From: an uncultured Gemmatimonadaceae bacterium
Lineage (GTDB): Bacteria > Gemmatimonadota > Gemmatimonadetes > Gemmatimonadales > Gemmatimonadaceae
NCBI GenBank assembly: GCA_963781585.1
Contig: CAWAGQ010000010.1
Coordinates: 272,604 to 336,603 of the forward strand
DNA length: 64,000 nt
Direction of reading: 5' to 3'
The position numbers and the translations under genes were made by a program. Within the stretch, counting starts at the first letter, position 1. Every line of letters begins with the position of its first letter. This document shows, piece after piece, positions 1 to 8,142 of the stretch. The notes under the pieces were generated by a model. The model did no database searches. It was given only the letters and a program-made list of their open reading frames with translations, and was not told the DNA's origin.

Positions 1-641
1 CGACGACATCGGGTGACACGGGTTGGGTGTCGATTTCCTTTGCGCACCGGGTGCGGCCGCCGCGGGCGACCCCAGGCGCGGACTCCGTGCAGTCGATCGG
101 CGCAGCGGAGATTGCGACGTCGTGCGGAGTCAAGTGCGGCGTGGAGCGCTGGGCCGTGAAGACGCTGACCGATGCCGACGCGGACGAGGTTGATCTCACT
201 CCCGTCGTGCGCACGCCGTTCCAGCTGCGCAAACTCGAGGAGCCGGAGGAGAAGCCGGACAACGGCCGACTGGGCGACGTGGAACGCGCGGTCTACGAGG
301 TCCACGGTGTGATCCTTGGCTGGATTCGCGAAGCCGACAAGGACATCCACATCGTCATCGCCTCGGAATCGAATCACGCCACGACCATCATCGCCGAAGT
401 CCCCAGTTCCGATTGCCGGCGTGTTTGTCTGAGCGACAGCCGGACCGCGTTCGACGATGTCCGCCAGGCGCTCGCCACCCGTCTCGGGACACCGCCCACC
501 AGGTACAAGGAGTTGTCGTCTCCAGTGCGGGTCCGCATCACCGGGGTGGGATTCTTCGACCAGCGGCATTCGACGCCGCAGCATGGTGTCGCGCCGAACA
601 ATTTCGAGCTCCATCCGGTGATTGCGGTCGTGTTTCCATAG
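1..641 (+). CDS. Hypothetical protein, 5'-partial; possible SH3b-like end followed by an OB-fold-like domain
   Basis: The frame is open to the window start. 'DTGWVS' resembles the end of an SH3b domain; later motifs are CGVERWAVKT, DKDIHIVI, VRITGVGFFD and NFELHPV. Confidence 0.55.
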   Translation, partial: TTSGDTGWVSISFAHRVRPPRATPGADSVQSIGAAEIATSCGVKCGVERWAVKTLTDADADEVDLTPVVRTPFQLRKLEEPEEKPDNGRLGDVERAVYEVHGVILGWIREADKDIHIVIASESNHATTIIAEVPSSDCRRVCLSDSRTAFDDVRQALATRLGTPPTRYKELSSPVRVRITGVGFFDQRHSTPQHGVAPNNFELHPVIAVVFP

Positions 642-787
642 CCCGCGGCCCGAGTCCGCGATGGAAGCGGCCGCCCCGCTGTGCGGCACCGCACGCGTTC
701 GCTGGCAGGCGGATTGACCACGCCCACGCGGCCTCTATACTTGGAGCCGCTCCCGGATTCTCCCGTCCACCCGCTCGCTCGGCATCG

Positions 788-1810
788 GTGGTCCACATTC
801 GGTTCGCCCGCTCAGCCTTGCAGATTCTGTCCGTGGTGGCGATCGCCGTGTCGACCGTGGCCGCGCAGTCCGGGCCACCATCCGCGCCGGCGATGGGGCG
901 CGATGAAATCGCTGCGTTCGCCAGGATCCAGGCCGCGATCGCGGAAGCGCGTGATTCACTCCAGGCGCAATTCGCGAAAGCGGGGAATGCCAAGGAGGAA
1001 GCTCAACAGCAACTACGGGAGCAGCTGCACACCCAGATTACGGAGATCCTCCAGAAGAACGGCATGACGGAGGAGGAATATCGGCACAAGACGTATGTGG
1101 TGAGCACCGACTCGGTCGCCCGGCAGATGTTCGACAGCGCATTGGTGGCCGTGACGGGTCAGCCCATTCCCGGGCAGTATCACGCGCCGCCGCCGCGGAG
1201 CGCGCCGGGCGGCGCGGCCGCGAAGGTGCCGGTTCCGCCTGGACCGGCGGGTGTGCACATCGGTCACGTCGTAAACGGATTCGGCGACACGCCGGACGGA
1301 CAAGGGTTGCTCCCCACCGCGATGGCTGAGGCGCGCATCGCCGCGCAGCACGCACAGCTGGCGGCGCGCGATCCCGCCAATCTGGACGCCATGAAGCTCC
1401 ACGCCGGTCACGTGATTCATGCCATCGATCCGACGGTGATAGCGAGCGGCCCCGGCCTCGGATACGGAGTGAAGAAGGCGGCCACGGGCGTCGCCACGCA
1501 CATCGAACTGGCAGCCAAATCACCCGGGGCCTCGCAGAACATCATGACCCACGCGGTGCACATCGCGACATCGGCGCGCAATACCGTCAAGCGCGCCGAT
1601 CAGCTTCTGGCACTGGCGCAACAGGTGCGGGCGGCCACGTCGGCGTCCGACGCCGCGGCACTGGTCAGCCAGATGGTATCGCTTTCGGCGCAGCTCATCT
1701 CCGGTTCTGATGCCAACGGAGACGGTCGGGTGAGCTGGGAAGAAGGGGAGGGCGGACTACAGCAGTGCCAGGAACACGTGGATCTGATGCTGGCGGCGGA
1801 GAGGCCATAG
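788..1810 (+). CDS. Exported protein: DUF4168-like helical domain, His-rich helical domain and EF-hand-like loop
   Basis: Signal peptide (VAIAVSTVAA-Q) after a GTG at 788; helical segment ending 'LQKNGMTEEEY'; HIGHV, HAGHVIH and HAVH motifs; DANGDGRVSWEE loop. The start is inferred inside ORF 413..1810. Confidence 0.65.
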   Translation: MVHIRFARSALQILSVVAIAVSTVAAQSGPPSAPAMGRDEIAAFARIQAAIAEARDSLQAQFAKAGNAKEEAQQQLREQLHTQITEILQKNGMTEEEYRHKTYVVSTDSVARQMFDSALVAVTGQPIPGQYHAPPPRSAPGGAAAKVPVPPGPAGVHIGHVVNGFGDTPDGQGLLPTAMAEARIAAQHAQLAARDPANLDAMKLHAGHVIHAIDPTVIASGPGLGYGVKKAATGVATHIELAAKSPGASQNIMTHAVHIATSARNTVKRADQLLALAQQVRAATSASDAAALVSQMVSLSAQLISGSDANGDGRVSWEEGEGGLQQCQEHVDLMLAAERP

Positions 1811-1878
1811 GCCGAAAGTTATCGGCCATGGCGGGGACTCAACTCACGACGATCAGGCCTGGCGCACCTGCGTTGGCG

Positions 1879-2319
1879 CTATGGCACCTCGTACCTCCTG
1901 GATACCTCCACCTGGTGGGAGACGTCGAGGTCTATGTAGTACCTGTAGTCTGGTGCCGTGAGGAGTGCACCATACGGGTCCGCCCAGTAGGCCGCGTACC
2001 TTCCGCATGGCAGTTGGAGCCCGTCAATTGCCTGGGCGCCTATTGCGGAGGAGTCCTTCGCCGGTAGTCGCACGGGTATCGCGATTGACTCCATCTCCCG
2101 GTCTTTGACTCGAAGCGTGATTGCGAACCGCTGGCCATGGAGGCAACCGTCGAAACCGCCAATGTTAAACGGTATCAAGACGCCCGGCCTTGATCGGTCG
2201 TAGACCGGTGCGTCGATCGACGTGAAGCTGGGAACACCACGATCGGCTTCTTGAGCCAGTGCGTGGGCCTGCACGCTGACCAGCAGACCCACCGCGGAAG
2301 GGATGCTGAAGCGATTCAT
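1879..2319 (-). CDS. Secreted hypothetical protein, possibly a small Ig/FlgD-like beta domain
   Basis: ATG with an upstream AGGAG; signal peptide ending AHALA-Q; two Cys; alternating beta-strand pattern. Confidence 0.55.
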   Translation of the reverse strand: MNRFSIPSAVGLLVSVQAHALAQEADRGVPSFTSIDAPVYDRSRPGVLIPFNIGGFDGCLHGQRFAITLRVKDREMESIAIPVRLPAKDSSAIGAQAIDGLQLPCGRYAAYWADPYGALLTAPDYRYYIDLDVSHQVEVSRRYEVP

Positions 2320-2423
2320 GGCCGCTCCTGCAAAGGTTCAAGTGGAGGGGAGTCGCGAAACGAGACTCAGGTGTCAGTGAGCTTCGCCGCAACGGGGGCT
2401 CAGTACTTTCGACAACATTACGT

Positions 2424-2777
2424 CTATTTCCGTTTAGGCAATAGGAAGCATTGGACCTGACCCGGTTTGCAGCGACGTGGGCCTGGCCGCGCCGCGTCCG
2501 CGGACTTCGCTGCGCGGCCGGTGTCGCCCGCGCGTGTGGAGCAGGCGGTGCCGGTGAGGGCAATAGCGGCGCCGGCGGCGATGCACCGGCCAACGAAGGT
2601 GCGGCGGTCGACGAGTGTCGGAGCCGAATGCGGAGCGCTGTCGACTGACGGCCGTGGGCTCTCGGCCGGAGAAAGCAGGGGATGGCGCGAAGCGTCAGAC
2701 ACTGTGTCCTGGGCGAAGGTGATGGTGCGGGGGACAGTCTTGGGCACGCCGTCAGGCATGAAGGTGGGGACGATCAC
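2424..2777 (-). pseudogene. Possible 5' remnant of a Tat-exported lipoprotein gene
   Basis: 'DRRTFVGRCIAAGAAIALTGTAC' reads as a twin-Arg motif, h-region and lipobox-like Cys. The ORF then runs into AT-richer sequence and stops about 30 aa later. Confidence 0.35.
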
Positions 2778-3176
2778 CGATCAGCGTTCAGCGAATCAGC
2801 GAGCGGCCATCGGTAGCCCGTAATCGCTGGTCGGCGGAGGTGCCCGGCGACGGCGGCGATAGCGTGACGACACCAACCGTCGGTCGGGTTGGGTGAGTTT
2901 GCCAGCCGTGGCGCCATCAGTTCGGGAGCGCCCCATGACGGCGTCCTTCAGGGAGTTTGCACGGGCACCACGTCGCCCCGTCCCGCTCGAGCGGACACAT
3001 GTTACGACATATATCACAACTGCACATGGGTGTCGGTCGTGGCCTGCGCCGTCCACCAGAATGGCGTGGCGATTCGCCTCAGGTCCGGCGATCGCTCAAG
3101 ACGCCGCTCTGGTCTTGCGTGGTGAGGTGGTTCACCGGGCTCTGCAGTCGCAACATGGAATCCCGGCGCAGCACAG

Positions 3177-3993
3177 GTGCAGTTCGTCGACAGCGCAAGC
3201 GGTGGGCCGACGCTGGCCGTCTTCTGTGATTCTCCGGAGGCGGAGCGCAGCGTGCGTGCGTCGCTGGGGAGCGCGTGTTCGATGCGGCGTTGCGAGCAGT
3301 GGACCAACGTGGAGCAGTTGGCGCCCGCCGTCGACTGCGTGGTGGTCGTGGTGCCCTCGCTCAAGGACGATGCCGCAAGAGACCACCTCGAGGCGATCAG
3401 GACTCATGCGCCGGAGACGCCGATCGTGGTGGTGGCGACGCGGGACGTGGAGAGTGCCGGCAATACCTCGACCGGTCCCGCGGACGCAGTGGTCTGGGTG
3501 ACGGCGGTTCCCGGAGCAGCTATTCCCGGCGGTGGTCCGGGTCCTCAAGTACTCATACCTGGAGGCCGTTGCCCGCAACGTGCTGCGCGCGGGTTCGCTC
3601 CCGCGGGACGTGCGGCTCGCGATCGCTGCGGCGTGCCGGAGTCGTGCTCCGGTGAACTCCGTGGAGCGGCTGGCGAAGGAGTGCGGATTGCCGGTACGGA
3701 CGCTGTCCGATGTGCGGACGAGATCGGTATCAGGGAGGGTCACGCCGAAGGAGGTGCTGCGATGGATTCGACTCTTGCGAGCCGCGGCGCGAAAAACGCC
3801 GTGGCGAAGTTGGGAGTCCATCGCGGTGGAGTGCGAGGTGGACGTGGACACGTTGCGGCGTGATGTGACGCAGGTGGCCGGCGTTTCACTCCGTGACCTG
3901 AGCCTGGGAACGATCGAGGTGCTGCGCGAACGATTCCAGGATACGGTGCTTCGCCTCTTGGGAATTGGGTTCCCTCCGGGAAAAATGCGGTAA
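3177..3993 (+). pseudogene. Transcriptional regulator, receiver-like N domain plus AraC-type double HTH, with a 1-nt frameshift near 3510-3512 (real or assembly error)
   Basis: ORF 3177 has a receiver-like beta/alpha pattern (VDCVVVVV, ETPIVVVAT, ADAVVW). ORF 3532 has SVERLAKECGLPVRTL, TPKEVLRWIRLLRA and SWESIAVECEV. Removing one C from GTTCCCGGAG joins them as ...TAVPEQLFPAVVR (271 aa). Confidence 0.65.
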
Positions 3994-4232
3994 ACTCGCC
4001 GTCTTTGCGGTTGCGGAAGGATCGGGAAGCTACGATCGTGGTTCGCGCTTTGACGAGCGGGTGAGATGACGTCAGGTAATGCACGCCGGCGTTGAACCGT
4101 TGGTGGCGGACATTCAGCGGCGGGAGGCAGGGACGAGCAACGATGGAATGATGTGTAACGCTGCCAGCATGTGGATTGTGCACCCGCTGCACGCAACGCT
4201 CGACGGCACAACATCAAAAGGAGATAGGGACG

Positions 4233-4448
4233 ATGAGAGGCGTTCTTAGACAAGCCTTGGCAATCTCCACCGTAGTGGGGGCCATTCCGCTTGCAGTTGC
4301 AAGAGCCGACGATCTCTGCTCTCAACATTGTGATCCAAACTTCGTCGCCTGCTGCTACGATAACAACACTCAGGTCTTCTGCTGCACCTATAGCGAAGCC
4401 CAGTGCTGCTTCGCTGATCTCCTTGGCTGTTGGACGGCTGCTTGCTAG
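4233..4448 (+). CDS. Secreted 10-Cys peptide precursor 1 (71 aa)
   Basis: AGGAG upstream. MRGVLRQALAISTVVGAIPLAVARA|DDLCSQHCDPNFVACCYDNNTQVFCCTYSEAQCCFADLLGCWTAAC; clearly paralogous to two neighbours. Confidence 0.92.
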   Translation: MRGVLRQALAISTVVGAIPLAVARADDLCSQHCDPNFVACCYDNNTQVFCCTYSEAQCCFADLLGCWTAAC

Positions 4449-4520
4449 GACGCCGCGCATTTGCCTTTGCCTCATCAGCGCTGGATGCAAGATGTGCGAT
4501 CCATCGGGGGGGTGACAATA

Positions 4521-4736
4521 ATGAAAGCACATTTGCGGGCCATGCTGGCAATTGCCACGATCATGGGTGCCTTGCCGCTCACGGCAGCTGGAGCGGACGA
4601 CGACACGTGCTCGCAGCACTGCGACCCAGGTTATGTGGCATGCTGCCATTCAGGCGAAACCATCTGGTGCTGCTCGTATGCTGAAGCACAGTGTTGCTAC
4701 GCGGACCCCGGGAGCTGTCATACGGCCGCCTGCTAG
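4521..4736 (+). CDS. Secreted 10-Cys peptide precursor 2 (71 aa)
   Basis: G-rich RBS. MKAHLRAMLAIATIMGALPLTAAGA|DDDTCSQHCDPGYVACCHSGETIWCCSYAEAQCCYADPGSCHTAAC. Confidence 0.92.
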   Translation: MKAHLRAMLAIATIMGALPLTAAGADDDTCSQHCDPGYVACCHSGETIWCCSYAEAQCCYADPGSCHTAAC

Positions 4737-4865
4737 ATCCTACTCGTACCCGAAAAACGGGTCTAACGAGTGGATGCGCGCAAACGACACGTAGCATCGG
4801 GAAGGTCGCTCGACGGGCGATGTGTTGAATGAGAGCAAGGAGAGCCGATTGGTGGAGGGTCGGGA

Positions 4866-5582
4866 GTGCAATTTTCGCGACTAGGCGAGAAAGTCGTTAC
4901 CAGCATTCTGGTCGTGTGCTGTGTAAACGTGACGCTCCTCTCCATACGGCAGCAGTTCTTCCGCTCACCGCCGCCGCCGCCGGGGCGACCGTCCCAGCCC
5001 GCAAGTGGCCGGCCACTCCCCCCAGGGCTGTCGCTTCGGGCCGGCGGACTTCGCCTCGGGCGCGTCGACGCGCCACTCCAGGTTGTCGAATTTGCCGACT
5101 TCGAATGTCCGTTTTGCGCTGTGGCCGCTGGGGAACTGGAGGAAGTTTGGCGAAAGTACCCTTCGCGCATTTCGGTTGTATTTCGTCACATGCCAATCGA
5201 GGCGCACCCGCATGCGCGTGACGCGGCACTCGCCGCTGAATGCGCCGGTGATCAAGGAGCCTTTGAGAAGTACTACTTCGCGCTATTCGCCAATTATGCG
5301 AAACTGAATCGGCGCTCGTGGCGAGACTACGCGAAGCAATCGTCGGTGCCTGATCTCAATCGCTTCGATAGATGCTTGCGCGCGGGTCAATTCCGCGAGC
5401 GTATCGATGCTGACGTTGAGTTGGCCCGCAAGGTGGGCGTCGTGGGGACTCCAACGTGGATCGTGGGCGATTCGGTCTATGGAGGCGTCCCGTCGGTCGA
5501 ACAAATAGAGGGCTGGCTCTTCAGCGTCGGTCGGGCCAGCGAGAGGCCGCGGACGGCAGCGGGGGCCGCAGCCTCGAGGTGA
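4866..5582 (+). CDS. DsbA-family thiol-disulfide oxidoreductase with N-terminal membrane anchor
   Basis: VEFADFECPFC active-site motif, FRHMPI..HPHA, and the cis-Pro loop GVVGTPT; hydrophobic N-terminus. Confidence 0.9.
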   Translation: MQFSRLGEKVVTSILVVCCVNVTLLSIRQQFFRSPPPPPGRPSQPASGRPLPPGLSLRAGGLRLGRVDAPLQVVEFADFECPFCAVAAGELEEVWRKYPSRISVVFRHMPIEAHPHARDAALAAECAGDQGAFEKYYFALFANYAKLNRRSWRDYAKQSSVPDLNRFDRCLRAGQFRERIDADVELARKVGVVGTPTWIVGDSVYGGVPSVEQIEGWLFSVGRASERPRTAAGAAASR

Positions 5583-5619
5583 GGCACGTCAATCGACTCA
5601 CTACTTCAGGAGGATCTCC

Positions 5620-5835
5620 ATGAATCGAAGCGTACTCCGGCTTGCACTGGCGTTCGCCACTGTTGTCGGTGCCGCGCCCTTGGCGTCTGCGAGGGCCGAC
5701 GATGACCTTTGCTCTCAACACTGCGATCCAGGATTCGTGGCGTGCTGCAACAACGGCTTCCAGTGGTGTTGCTCTTACACTCCAGCTCAGTGCTGCTATG
5801 CCGACGGGATGGGTTGTCACACAGCAGCGTGTTGA
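5620..5835 (+). CDS. Secreted 10-Cys peptide precursor 3 (71 aa)
   Basis: AGGAGG RBS. MNRSVLRLALAFATVVGAAPLASARA|DDDLCSQHCDPGFVACCNNGFQWCCSYTPAQCCYADGMGCHTAAC. Confidence 0.93.
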   Translation: MNRSVLRLALAFATVVGAAPLASARADDDLCSQHCDPGFVACCNNGFQWCCSYTPAQCCYADGMGCHTAAC

Positions 5836-6272
5836 CTCCTCGTCGAGGCGCAGCCCGCGAGGCCTGCCGTCCCAAGCGGCCTTTGCGGTCAGTAATTATG
5901 GGTCTTCGGGGAAATGAGTGGGTGAATTTGATGGCATTTCGTCTTTGAGATGCGGCTCTTCACAGGGGAAATCACGCGTTGCGAAGTGTGGGGAGGGGTC
6001 TCAAGTTCGTGAGCAGTTTTCGACGGCCGCTCCAGTCTTGGGTGCGAAAGCTGACACCGTTCCGGCCTCGGGCCGAGGTGCGCCGGTTCCGCGGGGCATC
6101 CGTGACCGGTGGCGCACCGCTCGCCGCGCTTTCCCAAGGGGAGAAATGGCAGCCCGCCGTCACACAACTCGTCCTATATTTCACGCGGTCGAGGACCGTA
6201 GGGTCTCTTCGCGGAGCCAGTCTCTTCCCCATCGGCCCTCCGATTCTTGGCAGCGCAAGGCTGCGATCGCGC

Positions 6273-7379
6273 ATGATGATTGCTCCATTCGCGCTCAGCA
6301 TGTTGCACCTTTTCAGCTCGGTTGCGCTGGCACAGGCGAGCGCCATCCTCAAGCTCGGAGCGTTGGAGGGTCGACTGGACGCCGAGTTCAGTGGGATCAC
6401 CTCGATCAGGGAGCTCAAGGGCGGCCGAATCCTGATCACCGATGGGCGAGATGGGCGCGTCATGGTGGGCGACTTTGGCAGCGGGGGTGTTAGCCCCGTA
6501 GGGCGCATCGGCCGTGGTCCCGAGGAGTACGACGGCACGACCCTGCTGTTCGCGGTACGCGACGATTCAACGGTGATGTTCGATCTGTCGCGCCGATGGA
6601 TCGTATTTCATGACGAGCGCATCGTGGGTGCGGTTCGCCCTGACGATCCAATCGTTCGAGAGACGCGCGGCTTCATCCATGGCGCAGATTCGCTTGGTCA
6701 CGTTCTTGTCAGTCGCAGCCTTGGTGATGCAACAGGGCAGCCCACCGGCTCGACCGACTCCGTGTATGCCATCCTGCTCGAGCGAAGCTCCGCGCGAGCG
6801 GAGACGGTCGCGGTGTTGCGCGCTGTCCCATCCGAGACTCGGACGGTGTCGCAAAACGGTGCTTCGATTACCACAAGAATGTTCAAACCATTCGCAACGG
6901 GCGAAGCCGTCCACCTTTTTCCCGACGGCTGGATCGCAATCGCGCGACTCGACCCGTACCGTGTGGACTGGCGTTCGCTCGACGGTCGCGTCATACGTGG
7001 GGCGCCGCTTCCCAACGGGCAGCGCGAGCTCGCAGAGGTGGATCGGCGGGCCTTTCGAGAGGCCAACCCTACAAGACCGGGGCGTCCGCCGCTTTTTGAT
7101 GTGGCGGATTTTCCGAAGCAGCTTCCGCCCTTCGAGTACCGGGCACCCGGGGATCCGGCCCTGTTCGCAGCGCCTGGTGGACGAGTGGTCGTACGACGGA
7201 CGGTGGCCGGCTCAATACCGACGAATAACTACGACGTCGTTGATCGAGTGCGGGGACTCATCGGCACCTTGGAGCTTCGCAAGCGGGAGCGGGTTGCGGG
7301 GTTCGGAGAAAACTGCATCTACGTCATATCGCGTGACGACAATGATGTCGAACGCATTCGGCGACATCACTGGCCATGA
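6273..7379 (+). CDS. Exported 6-bladed beta-propeller-like protein
   Basis: Signal peptide (SSVALA-Q); FSGITSIREL..GRIGRGPEEY motif; C-terminal YVISRDDNDVERI; alignable by eye with 14730..15932. The start is inferred inside ORF 5979..7379. Confidence 0.75.
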   Translation: MMIAPFALSMLHLFSSVALAQASAILKLGALEGRLDAEFSGITSIRELKGGRILITDGRDGRVMVGDFGSGGVSPVGRIGRGPEEYDGTTLLFAVRDDSTVMFDLSRRWIVFHDERIVGAVRPDDPIVRETRGFIHGADSLGHVLVSRSLGDATGQPTGSTDSVYAILLERSSARAETVAVLRAVPSETRTVSQNGASITTRMFKPFATGEAVHLFPDGWIAIARLDPYRVDWRSLDGRVIRGAPLPNGQRELAEVDRRAFREANPTRPGRPPLFDVADFPKQLPPFEYRAPGDPALFAAPGGRVVVRRTVAGSIPTNNYDVVDRVRGLIGTLELRKRERVAGFGENCIYVISRDDNDVERIRRHHWP

Positions 7380-7511
7380 TGGCGCCGCTGATTCGAGGGC
7401 GCCAACTTCACACCTCACTGCCTCCGTAATCCTGCGTTGGCTCTGCGAGGGTGAGTCCCAGAGCTAGCTTAGCTAAGCTAACAGTGGGAGACCCCCCGGC
7501 TCTGCCAGGCA

Positions 7512-7965
7512 GGGGAAGCGTTCGGCTTGGTCAAGTGCAGCGTATCGCGCCGCTTCATCCGGGCGAGTGCGCGCGCGCTCCGACAGCTCCAGGAGCGGCG
7601 GCACGATGATCGCGAATGGCTGGTGCTCGTCCTCGACGGAAAGACCTCCGCCCAGGACCAGCTGGTCGTCGCCTTGGGCGTCACCGCCACGGGGGAGAAG
7701 TGCATCCTGGCGCTCGTGCAGACGGCGACGGAGAACAAGCGGGTGTGTGCGGGCTTCCTGCGGGAGCTGGTCGAGCGGGGCGTGGCCCCAACGGGGTCGG
7801 CTCCTGGTGGTGGTCGACGGCGGGAAGGGCCTCTGCGCCGGCGTGGAGGAGGTGTACGTGGATCGCGCCGACGTGCAGCGTTGTCAGTGGCACAAGCGGG
7901 AGAACGTCGTGAGCTATCTGGCGAAGGGCGCGCAGGCGACGGTGGCGGGGGAAGCTGCAGGCCGG
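7512..7965 (+). mobile_element. IS256-family (Mutator-type) transposase internal fragment, frameshifted and truncated
   Basis: SVSRRFI..LVLDGK..VALGVTATGEK..TATEN in one frame continues as LLVVVDGGKGL..VQRCQWHKRENV in the next frame. Confidence 0.85.
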
Positions 7966-8065
7966 TCCACGCGCACTCTGGGCCATAGGCCACAAGCGTG
8001 GCGACGTGCAGCCCACAGGACGGAATCGGACACGCGAAGCTGGGACATCGCAGCCGAAGCGGCTA

Positions 8066-8138
8066 CTGGCCTATGGCCTATGGCCTCCCTATGAACTCTG
8101 GCCCACGGCCCATAGCCTGGGACCAATGGCCTATGGCC
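8066..8138. repeat. Degenerate 7-bp tandem repeat (ATGGCCT-like)
   Basis: ctggcct atggcct atggcct ... ctggccc acggccc atagcct gggacca atggcct atggccg. Confidence 0.7.
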
Positions 8139-8142
8139 GGAG

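Noticed and set aside
3132..4649. 505-aa minus-strand ORF across the regulator and peptide genes
   Set aside because: Arg/Ser-rich with no motifs; antisense to genes supported by RBS, signal peptides and paralogy.
4233..5835. Peptides as classical RiPP precursors (ranthipeptide, lanthipeptide, thiopeptide) or a CRISPR-like array
   Set aside because: Leaders are hydrophobic Sec signals rather than double-Gly leaders, no modifying enzymes are nearby, and the repeats are diverged coding paralogs rather than identical repeats with spacers.
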